Shown here: positions 7,188 through 15,098 of the stretch, piece by piece
How the letters are laid out: each line of letters starts with the position of its first letter
Position numbering within the stretch: the stretch's first letter is position 1
Assembly: GCF_037902255.1 (NCBI RefSeq)
Contig: NZ_CP147990.1
Span: forward strand, 480,001-512,000
DNA length: 32,000 bases
Source: Candidatus Electrothrix sp. GW3-4
Lineage (GTDB): Bacteria > Desulfobacterota > Desulfobulbia > Desulfobulbales > Desulfobulbaceae
Reading direction: 5' to 3'
The notes under the pieces: generated by a model
What the model was told of the DNA's origin: nothing
Database searches by the model: none
What the model saw: only the letters and a program-made list of their open reading frames with translations
Translations under genes and position numbers: made by a program

Positions 7188-7493
7188 TCATCTCTCATAG
7201 ATTATTTCCCCGGCTTCTATTTCACGCAGGAATGCACCCTTTGCCGCTGCTTTCAGCGGAAGCACATCAACAGGGAGTATCTTCGAAATTTCCCGAACAA
7301 GCCTTCGATACTTGAGAGCAAGGGGAAGATATTTTTTATCGCTGTTCTGGAAGACAGCAATGTCAACATCATTGGGTTGATCCGAGTGAAGAAAAGACCC
7401 GAACAGGACTATTTTTTGAATTTCTTTTTCGTGGCAGAGCGTGTTTCTGATCTGTTCTTTGATGAACTCTTTACGACTTTTGGAAATACTCAT
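7188..7493 (-). CDS. Minimal nucleotidyltransferase, MntA-like (antitoxin type of HEPN/MNT modules)
   Basis: 101 aa carrying the pol-beta superfamily NTase signature LFGSFLHSDQPNDVDIAVF (GS-x10-DxD). Size and C-terminus (...GEIIYER*) are typical of MNT proteins. SD AGAGG lies 7 nt before the ATG. Confidence 0.8.
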   Translation of the reverse strand: MSISKSRKEFIKEQIRNTLCHEKEIQKIVLFGSFLHSDQPNDVDIAVFQNSDKKYLPLALKYRRLVREISKILPVDVLPLKAAAKGAFLREIEAGEIIYER

Positions 7494-7651
7494 TGAAATG
7501 CCTCTTCATGAAATATGAACGCAAGCCTTGCCCGTTTCTCTCTTATGGTCATATGCCGAGTAAGCTGCTGCAAGAAGGATCATTTTTTATCTTAATTTTC
7601 CAACGTCCCGGTGTGTCCGAGCGAAAGCAGACCAGCGCGACTGCCGCTGGA

Positions 7652-7996
7652 TTAGAAGCCAATATCATAACTTTCGACCCATTCATCCACTTTGTCTTCA
7701 AAAGAGTCCATTTGTTTTTGAGTTAACCCTGTTGGGACAAAATCCATAGTTAACCAATTTATGATGTGATTCGTAATAGCAATAAGATCTTCCCCTGATT
7801 GCATCGAAATCCTTTGAGCACTTTCTTCTATTGTTAACCTGCTGCCATCATTCCAAATGATTTTTTTTGCTTGCAAGTCAATATCAGCACCCTCAAGAGC
7901 TTCATCAACAGCATCCATAGCATTGACTGCTATTTCCGTTGCTATTGCCTCATTGTCATATAATAATTCGTCTTCAGCTCTTGCTTTATTTTTCAT
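7652..7996 (-). CDS. Small strongly acidic hypothetical protein
   Basis: 114 aa. By hand count it has 25 Asp+Glu against 9 Lys+Arg. A 345-nt ORF in AT-rich DNA is unlikely to be open by chance. The start lies 44 nt after the nqrA stop and has no clear SD. No family recognised. Confidence 0.6.
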   Translation of the reverse strand: MKNKARAEDELLYDNEAIATEIAVNAMDAVDEALEGADIDLQAKKIIWNDGSRLTIEESAQRISMQSGEDLIAITNHIINWLTMDFVPTGLTQKQMDSFEDKVDEWVESYDIGF

Positions 7997-8040
7997 TTTG
8001 GAAAGTGGCTTGGTTTAATGGTCGTTGACAAATCGAACGG

Positions 8041-9411
8041 TCACCCATCCTCCTCAATCCTCGTCAAAACCTCCCGCAACATTGGCCCGAAGTTATTCTT
8101 CCCAGGACAGACAAAACTGCACAGGGCCAGATCCTCCTCAATCAACTCAAGGCAACCCAAGGCAGCTGCCTTTTCCGTATTGCCGGTGGCAATGGCCTTG
8201 AGCAGGGCCGTGGCAATCAGGTTCAGCGGCATAACCTGTTCATAAGTTCCCATAGGCAGGATGGCCCGTTTTCCTCCCCAGCTTGCCGTACTCAGAGGAA
8301 ATTTGCTCCCGGCTTTCTTTGTAAAGGCAGAGAGGAAGATCGGAAGGCTGGAATAGCGGTCGCCTCCCGGACGCAGCCAGTTCAACAGGCCGGAGCCGTC
8401 TTTTTCCGGCAGGGCGCAGACCTGCTGCTGGTAGCGGCCCAGATAACCGTGAACGTTCTCTTCGCCCATCCCATGCCCGCTTAACACCGATCCGGCAAGC
8501 ACGCGGGCCTGGGAATCAGCAAGCTCATCCTGACAAAGTTCGAGAACAGAGGCACCGGCCAAGGTTTTTATGAGACGAGGACGCTGCATGGACGGTCCTG
8601 TGAGGGCGACAACACGTTCCTCCCAGAGCTTACCGGTGCGGAAGAGATGACCGATTGCAATCACATCCTGGTAGCCGATATGCCAGACCACTTTGCCGGA
8701 ATGTACCGGATCAAGAAAATGGATATGGGTTGAAGCCAGCCCGGCAGGATGGGGGCCGGAAAAATGAGCAACCTCGATATTCGGGAGGTCAGCTCTCCGC
8801 AGACTTATGTCCTGAGAGCAACAGAGAAAGGTTTTGGCTGTCAGGGGTTGAAGAGCGTTCAGCCCTAAGATAAAATCACTTCGGTACTCGTTAATGATGA
8901 TTGATGGATCTGCTGCTAAGGGCTGAGTATCAATAGCCGTGATAAAGAGGGAGGCCGCTTCCGCCTCGGGGGAGGGCACCTTGCCATAGGGCCGTGTTCG
9001 CAGGGCTGTCCATTGCCCGGATGCAATAAGGACATTCCTGATGGTTTCCGCATCGGGCAGTTGCTCTGGGGCAGGGCAGGGGGCGGTAAAGGTGAGGCGT
9101 TCTTCTCCCTCCAGTTTAATCACCAGAGATTCAAAGCGACGACGAAACCCCCGATGGATGGCAATGACCTTGCCCGGAGCCGGGGCGGTAAAGCGGACGC
9201 CGGGATTCTTCTTATCCGTAAAAAGAAGCTGGCCCCCGGCAACCTGATCATCGACCCGCACCTTCATGGTGGGTTTCAGGCCAACATAATCAATGCCGAG
9301 CAGGGCGACCTCGGTGACCGGAGTATCCTCCTGGATACTTTGCTCCGGTGCGCCGCTGATGGGGATATCAAGCCCTTTGCCTATGGTGAACTCCGTTCTG
9401 GAAGAAGCCAT
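8041..9411 (-). CDS. nqrA: Na+-NQR subunit A
   Basis: MASSRTEFTIGKGLDIPISGAP...LLGIDYVGLKPTMKVRVDDQV..GQLLFTDKKNPGVRFTAPAPGKV is colinear with the Vibrio NqrA N-terminus (from memory). I use ATG 9411, 1 nt after the apbE TGA. The track ORF starts at TTG 9423. Confidence 0.92.
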   Translation of the reverse strand: MASSRTEFTIGKGLDIPISGAPEQSIQEDTPVTEVALLGIDYVGLKPTMKVRVDDQVAGGQLLFTDKKNPGVRFTAPAPGKVIAIHRGFRRRFESLVIKLEGEERLTFTAPCPAPEQLPDAETIRNVLIASGQWTALRTRPYGKVPSPEAEAASLFITAIDTQPLAADPSIIINEYRSDFILGLNALQPLTAKTFLCCSQDISLRRADLPNIEVAHFSGPHPAGLASTHIHFLDPVHSGKVVWHIGYQDVIAIGHLFRTGKLWEERVVALTGPSMQRPRLIKTLAGASVLELCQDELADSQARVLAGSVLSGHGMGEENVHGYLGRYQQQVCALPEKDGSGLLNWLRPGGDRYSSLPIFLSAFTKKAGSKFPLSTASWGGKRAILPMGTYEQVMPLNLIATALLKAIATGNTEKAAALGCLELIEEDLALCSFVCPGKNNFGPMLREVLTRIEEDG

Positions 9412-9412
9412 C

Positions 9413-10456
9413 TCAGCCTGCAAAGCCCTGAGTTTTATGAACAGATAAATCCTTCCCGATGAACAGGCCCTCGCAGCCCGGCATATCTGCCAGCATATCC
9501 ATGCTGTCTTTCTTCCCCAGAACCATACAGCCGGTGGCTAAGGCATCAGCCAAGGCGGCATTGGGTGCCGTTATGGTACAGCTTGCCAGTTCGGGTGGGG
9601 AAAAACCTGTCTTGGGATTAATGATATGGTGATAGCGCAGGTCCGGGCTGAAGGGTTGGAAGTAATCCCCCGAGGTTGCCACAGCCATATTATCGCCATT
9701 CACTGTAGGGAGGCTCCCCGGCATTGCAGAACGGGGTTTTCTGATGCCGATCTGCCACAATGCCCCTTGGGGTTTGCCGCCAGTCACCAGCAGGTCTCCG
9801 CCCGCTTCAACAAGGACCTGCTGAAAGCCGTAGGATTGCAGAATGTTAACCCCTTGATCCACAATATAGCCCTTACCGATGCCGTCCAAGGTGATTCCTG
9901 CTGTCCCCGTTCCCTTGTTGTGCAAATGAATCGTATCAGGGGTAAGGCGAAGCTGCTCCTGTCCAATATTCTGCACCAGATTCTGGAGAAGCGTTGTTTG
10001 GCTGACCAGAGATGCCCCTTGCTCCTGATACTGGGTTAAGAGGGGCAGCACGGTGATGTCAAAGGCCCCGGCTGTCTTGTTATGAATCGTATTGGCCAAC
10101 TCCAGAACGGCCCGCAGCTCCTGGCTTGGTTGGTTGAGCAAACCGGTGCGGTTCAGTCTTGCGACTTCGCTTGTCTGCTGATGACGGGTGAGCTTCTTTT
10201 CCAATGCCTGCATCCGGGAGACCGTGGCTGTAATAGCCGCCTCAGCCTGGTCGCGGTCTGGGCTATACACCGTCAGATTGAGCTGGGTTCCCATCAGGGG
10301 AAAAGACTCACGGACGGTAACAATACGAGAATCATCAGGAGAAAAAGGAAAGAAGCGGGCGGCTCCTGCTAGCCCGGCAAGGGCGGCAATGTGCAGGAAG
10401 GTTCGGCGATTCAGACCGTTTTGCAGGTTTCTCGGTGGGGGGGGCATGTTGTTCAT
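9413..10456 (-). CDS. apbE: FAD:protein FMN transferase (flavin transferase ApbE), Tat-exported
   Basis: 347 aa with the twin-arginine signal NRRTFLHIAALAGLAGAA and ApbE-type motifs (AFDITV, AVATSGDY). It lies directly upstream of nqrA. SD GGGAGA sits 8 nt before the ATG. Confidence 0.88.
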   Translation of the reverse strand: MNNMPPPPRNLQNGLNRRTFLHIAALAGLAGAARFFPFSPDDSRIVTVRESFPLMGTQLNLTVYSPDRDQAEAAITATVSRMQALEKKLTRHQQTSEVARLNRTGLLNQPSQELRAVLELANTIHNKTAGAFDITVLPLLTQYQEQGASLVSQTTLLQNLVQNIGQEQLRLTPDTIHLHNKGTGTAGITLDGIGKGYIVDQGVNILQSYGFQQVLVEAGGDLLVTGGKPQGALWQIGIRKPRSAMPGSLPTVNGDNMAVATSGDYFQPFSPDLRYHHIINPKTGFSPPELASCTITAPNAALADALATGCMVLGKKDSMDMLADMPGCEGLFIGKDLSVHKTQGFAG

Positions 10457-10838
10457 GGCAAGTGTCTCCCTTGAAGGTGTAGAGTAAGAGGAAGTTTCTC
10501 GTTCCCTTTGTGCGACGACTTAGAACGACGTGATAAGGGGACAACAAACGAAAAATACTCCATAAGGTACGACGGAACCAAATAAATACACACCTACTCT
10601 GTTCATTTCATTCTGTCAAGACTGATTTTGTGATGACAGGCCCGGCAAGAAACAATTGAAATATTCATGTCAGTGTCAGCTGGGCTGGCAATAATTCAGT
10701 GCAAGACTGTCTGACCCGTTGATCTTTTTTAAGATACAGGGGCAATGCAGTTATCTTGATGAATTTTTGATAGAATCCATGAGTTTTTTTGATAAGAAGT
10801 ATTACAGGGACTTGCAGAGAACCAGGAAAGATTTTTCC

Positions 10839-10867
10839 TTGACATTCGTCAAACAACAAATTATTAA
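10839..10867 (+). promoter_or_regulatory. Candidate sigma70-type promoter for aprBA
   Basis: TTGACA (10839-10844), a 17-nt spacer, then TATTAA (10862-10867). This would give an aprB leader of about 210 nt. Sequence pattern only. Confidence 0.35.
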
Positions 10868-11081
10868 GTGACACACTCCCGATATAATCCAGTGATTATT
10901 GAGGGCCAGAAGTTGAAATTTTAAGGACGAAATACAAAGATAGCAACCGTGTAAAAAAAAATGTTCAGGCAGGAATGCTGTGGATAAGTTGCTGTTCTTT
11001 GAATTTAATTTTTAGTGGTAGATCTTAATGTGATGGCGGATGAACGCTGTCATAAAGAAAATCCTATGAGGAGGTAGTTAA

Positions 11082-11507
11082 ATGCCAAGTTACGTAAATC
11101 CAGAGAAATGTGATGGTTGCAAGGGTGGTGATAAGACCGCCTGTATGTACATCTGCCCCAATGACCTGATGGTGCTGAACACCGAAGAGATGAAGGCATA
11201 CAATCAGGAGCCGGATGCATGCTGGGAGTGTTACTCCTGTGTTAAGATCTGTCCGCAGGGTGCTATTGCTGTTCGCGGTTACGATGACTTCGTGCCTATG
11301 GGTGGTCAGGTTCATCCAATGCGTTCTTCTGATTCCATTATGTGGACCATCAAATTCCGTAACGGCAATATCAAGCGCTTTAAGTTCCCGATCCGCACAA
11401 CTGCTGAAGGTAGTGCCAACGCTTATCCTGATGAGAAAGGTGTAAATCTGGATGACGAGTGTCTGACGCTTGAGACTGAGCTGAAGAAACCCACCATGGT
11501 TGCTTAG
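11082..11507 (+). CDS. aprB: Adenylylsulfate (APS) reductase beta subunit
   Basis: 141 aa: MPSYVNPEKCDGCKGGDKTACMYICPNDLM...CWECYSCVKICPQGAI (two 4Fe-4S clusters) and a C-terminal tail. Strong SD GAGGAGG. Immediately followed by aprA. Confidence 0.95.
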   Translation: MPSYVNPEKCDGCKGGDKTACMYICPNDLMVLNTEEMKAYNQEPDACWECYSCVKICPQGAIAVRGYDDFVPMGGQVHPMRSSDSIMWTIKFRNGNIKRFKFPIRTTAEGSANAYPDEKGVNLDDECLTLETELKKPTMVA

Positions 11508-11559
11508 TACTGCGAAAAAATAAATATTTCTAATATTTGATATATAAGGAGATTTGAAT

Positions 11560-13575
11560 ATGGCGTTACCAAATAAGCCGAAAGGTGAGTTGCCTGCGAT
11601 TGCCAATCCTGAGATTGTTGAGCACGAGACCGATGTCCTGATCGTCGGTGGTGGTATGGGAGCTTGTGGTGCTGCTTTTGAGATCAAAAAATGGGCACCT
11701 GCTGACCTGAAGATTATCCTGGTTGACAAGGCCGCTATGGAGCGCTCCGGTGCTGTTGCTCAGGGTCTTTCTGCTATCAATACCTATATCGGTGAGAATG
11801 AGATTGAGAACTACGTAAAGATGGTTCGTAATGACCTGATGGGCGTTGTTCGTGAAGACCTTATCTACGATCTCGGACGTCACGTTGATGAGTCTGTTAA
11901 GCTGTTCGAAGAGTGGGGCCTGCCCATCTGGAAGAAAGCTGACGACGGATCTAACCTTGATGGTGCCAAGCCTGCTCCGACCCTGCGTGAGGGCGGGCAG
12001 CCAGTACGTACCGGTAAGTGGCAGATCATGATCAATGGTGAGTCCTACAAGTGCATCGTTGCTGAGGCAGCGAAGAAAGCTCTGGGTGAAGAAAACATCA
12101 TGGAGCGTATTTTCATCGTTAAGATGCTGCTGGACAAAAACAAAGAAAACCACATTGCTGGTGCTGTTGGTTTCTCCAACCGTGAAAACAAAGTTCACGT
12201 CTTCAAATGTAAGACCGCTATGGTAGCCTGCGGTGGTGCAGTAAACATCTTCCGTCCCCGTTCTACCGGTGAGGGTAAGGGACGTGCATGGTATCCGGTA
12301 TGGAATGCTGGTTCCACCTACACCATGTGTGCGCAGGTTGGTGCTACCCTGACCATGATGGAAAACCGTTTCACCCCGGCCCGTTTTAAAGACGGTTACG
12401 GTCCTGTTGGTGCATGGTTCCTCCTGTTCAAGGCAAAAGTATCCAACGGTAATGGCGAGTTCTACGCAATGGGCGATGCTGCTAAAGAAGAGCTCAAGCA
12501 GTTCATGCCGTACGGTCAGTCTGCTGTTACCCCGACCTGTCTGCGTAACCATCTGATGGTTAACGAGTTCAAGGCTGGACGTGGACCGGTTTACATGGCT
12601 ACTGACGTTGCTCTGAACTCCTTCCTCGACGAAGCTCGCGAAGCTGGTAAGAACGAGAAAGAAGTGAAGAAGATCTGGAAACATCTTGAGTCTGAGGCTT
12701 GGGAAGACTTCCTGGATATGTCCATTGGACAGGCTGGTCTGTGGGCTGGTATGAACATTGAGCCTGAAAAAGTAGGTTCTGAGATCATGCCGACCGAACC
12801 GTACATGCTCGGGTCGCATTCCGGTTGTTGCGGTATCTGGACCTCTGGACCGGATGAAGATTGGGTTCCGACTGTTGATGGTCCGCGTTCTCACCAGTAC
12901 AAATGGGGCTATAACCGTATGACCACCGTTGACGGTCTATTCACCGCTGGTGATGGTGTTGGTGCTTCCGGTCATAAGTTCTCCTCTGGTTCGCACACCG
13001 AGGGTCGTATTGTTGGTAAGCAGATGGTGAAGTACTGTCGCGACAATGCTGACTTCCAGCCTGAGCTGGAGAAGACCGCTGAAGAGCTGGCTGCTGAGAT
13101 CTACGCCCCGGTAACCCGTTACCTGGAGCACGTTGGCGCTACCACCCATCAGGATGTTAACCCCAACTACTGCAAGCCGCACGGTCTGATGATGCGTCTC
13201 ATGAAGGCCACTGATGAGTATGGTGGTGGTGTTGCTACCTACTACATGACCTCTGGTAAGCTCCTCAACATCTGTCTGGATCTCCTTCGCATGCTGCGTG
13301 AAGATGCCGAGAAGATGGCTGCTGGTGACCTCCATGAGCTGATGCGTGCCTGGGAAAACTACCACCGCATCTGGTGTGTTGAGACCCACATCCGCCACAT
13401 TGAGTTTCGTAAAGAATCCCGTTATCCGGGCTTCTACTACCGCTCAGATTACCCGACCGTTGATGAAGAAAACTGGAAGGCATTTGTTAACTCCACCTTC
13501 GATCCGAAGACTCAGGAGTGGAAGTGTGAGAAAGTTGAGTGCATCAACATCGTAGAAACCGATCCGTGGATCTAA
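11560..13575 (+). CDS. aprA: Adenylylsulfate (APS) reductase alpha subunit
   Basis: FAD fold VLIVGGGMGACGAAFE and a fumarate-reductase-like flavoprotein of about 670 aa, paired with aprB. Start taken at ATG 11560 (AAGGAG 11547-11552). The track begins 2 codons earlier at TTG. T-ending codon bias is typical of a highly expressed gene. Confidence 0.95.
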   Translation: MALPNKPKGELPAIANPEIVEHETDVLIVGGGMGACGAAFEIKKWAPADLKIILVDKAAMERSGAVAQGLSAINTYIGENEIENYVKMVRNDLMGVVREDLIYDLGRHVDESVKLFEEWGLPIWKKADDGSNLDGAKPAPTLREGGQPVRTGKWQIMINGESYKCIVAEAAKKALGEENIMERIFIVKMLLDKNKENHIAGAVGFSNRENKVHVFKCKTAMVACGGAVNIFRPRSTGEGKGRAWYPVWNAGSTYTMCAQVGATLTMMENRFTPARFKDGYGPVGAWFLLFKAKVSNGNGEFYAMGDAAKEELKQFMPYGQSAVTPTCLRNHLMVNEFKAGRGPVYMATDVALNSFLDEAREAGKNEKEVKKIWKHLESEAWEDFLDMSIGQAGLWAGMNIEPEKVGSEIMPTEPYMLGSHSGCCGIWTSGPDEDWVPTVDGPRSHQYKWGYNRMTTVDGLFTAGDGVGASGHKFSSGSHTEGRIVGKQMVKYCRDNADFQPELEKTAEELAAEIYAPVTRYLEHVGATTHQDVNPNYCKPHGLMMRLMKATDEYGGGVATYYMTSGKLLNICLDLLRMLREDAEKMAAGDLHELMRAWENYHRIWCVETHIRHIEFRKESRYPGFYYRSDYPTVDEENWKAFVNSTFDPKTQEWKCEKVECINIVETDPWI

Positions 13576-13677
13576 GGATACAGGGGCGGTAATATGACGG
13601 GCAGAGGGTATTTTTCTTCTGCCCGGTTAAGCTCTGTACAGTTCTGTGCCTGCTTAACCGTCACCGTCAGATTGAAT

Positions 13678-13712
13678 CTCCAGGCCCCGTTTAACGAGGT
13701 CTGGAGTTTTTT
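13678..13712 (+). terminator. Intrinsic terminator/attenuator after aprA
   Basis: CTCCAGGCC (13678-13686) pairs with GGTCTGGAG (13698-13706): 9 bp with one G-U and an 11-nt loop, followed by TTTTTT (13707-12). Two further hairpins precede it (13598-13625 and 13624-13660). Confidence 0.6.
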
Positions 13713-13834
13713 ATGTCCTCTGGAAAATCAGGATAGTTCTGTTTGAACAGAGCAGCATGTTGTTTGATCATGCTTTTCTCTTGAACCAGAAATAATCAAT
13801 TTATCAATACCAGCAGTTTTTATGGAGGTTTGGC

Positions 13835-15088
13835 ATGAGTGATGCTACAAAAACTGGTGCGGTACTGGTTGTTGGCGGCGGTATCAGCGGTTTGACCGCT
13901 GCGCTGGAAGCTGCGGAAGTGGGTAATGATGTTTACATTATCGAAAAAAATCCGTACTTCGGCGGTCGTGTGGCCCAGCTGAATCAGTATTTCCCGAAAC
14001 TTTGTCCCCCCACCTGCGGCTTAGAAATTAATTTCAAGCGGGTAAAGAACAACCGGAAAATTCGTCCCTACACTATGACTACGGTCAAATCAGTGGCTGG
14101 CGGACCGGGTAACTACGAGGTGACGCTGGAGACCGCACCCCGTTATATCAACTCCAACTGTACTGCCTGCGGTGATTGTGCTGAGGCCTGCACCGACGAG
14201 ATTGATAATGCCTTTAACTTTGGCATGAACAAGACCAAGGCGATTTATCTGCCCCATGAGATGGCCTTTCCGCGTCGTTATGTGTTGGATAAAGATGCCT
14301 GTTCTGCTGATTGTCTGGAGGCTATCAAGGGTGCTTGTAAGTATAATGCCATTGATACCGAGATGGCGACTGAGACCTTCACCTTGAATGTGAGCTCCAT
14401 TGTTTGGGCAACCGGCTGGAATCCGTATGATCGGACCAAGCTGGAAAATTTGAAGCCCGAGTCCTCTCCTGCCATTATCTCTAATATGATGATGGAGCGG
14501 ATGGCAGCGCCTAATGGACCTACTGGCGGCAAGATCCTCCGTCCTGGCGATGACAAAGAGATTGAGTCCATTGCCTTTGTTCAGTGTGCTGGTTCCCGTG
14601 ATGAGAATCACCTGGAGTACTGCTCTTATATCTGCTGCATGGCAACCTTTAAGCAGATGACTTATGTGCGCGAGCGCTACCCTGATGCCAAGATCTATGT
14701 CTTCTACATTGATCTGCGGACACCAGGTAAGTACGAGCATTTCCGTGAGCAACTCAGAACTTATGAAAATGCTGAGTTTATCAAAGGAAAGGTCGCTGAT
14801 ATCATTGCTGAGAACGATGGTGGTGTCACTGTGGTGGCAGAGGATGCAGTCGGTGGTGGCAAGGTGCAGCAGAAGGTCGATATGTGCGTCTTGGCCACTG
14901 GTATGCAGCCTGCTCTCGGTGAGCAGGGCAAGTCTCTTGGCCTGAAAATGGACGGCAATGGTTTTGTTGTTTCCGAGCCGGAGAAAGGTATGATCGCCGC
15001 CGGTTGCGCGAAGTCAGCATCCGATGTGTACACCTGTACACAGTCTGCTACTGCCGCAGCTCTCAAAGCAATTCAGAACGCACAGTAG
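13835..15088 (+). CDS. qmoA: Quinone-interacting membrane-bound oxidoreductase subunit A (HdrA-like flavoprotein)
   Basis: 417 aa with the FAD fold GAVLVVGGGISGLTAALEAAE. HdrA-like, located directly after aprBA as in sulfate reducers. SD GGAGG. Confidence 0.9.
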   Translation: MSDATKTGAVLVVGGGISGLTAALEAAEVGNDVYIIEKNPYFGGRVAQLNQYFPKLCPPTCGLEINFKRVKNNRKIRPYTMTTVKSVAGGPGNYEVTLETAPRYINSNCTACGDCAEACTDEIDNAFNFGMNKTKAIYLPHEMAFPRRYVLDKDACSADCLEAIKGACKYNAIDTEMATETFTLNVSSIVWATGWNPYDRTKLENLKPESSPAIISNMMMERMAAPNGPTGGKILRPGDDKEIESIAFVQCAGSRDENHLEYCSYICCMATFKQMTYVRERYPDAKIYVFYIDLRTPGKYEHFREQLRTYENAEFIKGKVADIIAENDGGVTVVAEDAVGGGKVQQKVDMCVLATGMQPALGEQGKSLGLKMDGNGFVVSEPEKGMIAAGCAKSASDVYTCTQSATAAALKAIQNAQ

Positions 15089-15098
15089 GAGGGAATCA

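Noticed and set aside
6975-7496. 173-aa plus-strand ORF (TTG start) in the island.
   Set aside because: It is antisense to the MNT gene, whose GS...DxD motif is unambiguous, and to the start of the 80-aa ORF. Its translation has no recognisable features.
6062-8040. Calling the island a bona fide integron cassette array (attC cluster without integrase).
   Set aside because: Candidate sites after the acidic gene (ATCCAGC...GTTGGAA, 7598-7651) and after the MNT (7068-7160) miss the consensus or lack paired R boxes. I could not fold a full attC after the interrupted gene. The count of GTTRRRY matches is at chance level and no intI is present. I keep it only as a hypothesis attached to the 9-bp repeat.
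10600-10680. Possible regulator operators in the apbE-aprB intergenic region: a TGTCA motif four times, the inverted pair CTGTCA...TGACAG, and a TTGTGA half-site resembling a Rex box.
   Set aside because: There is no second TCACAA half-site at the right spacing for Rex. The TGTCA copies are short and irregularly spaced, which is not enough to call.
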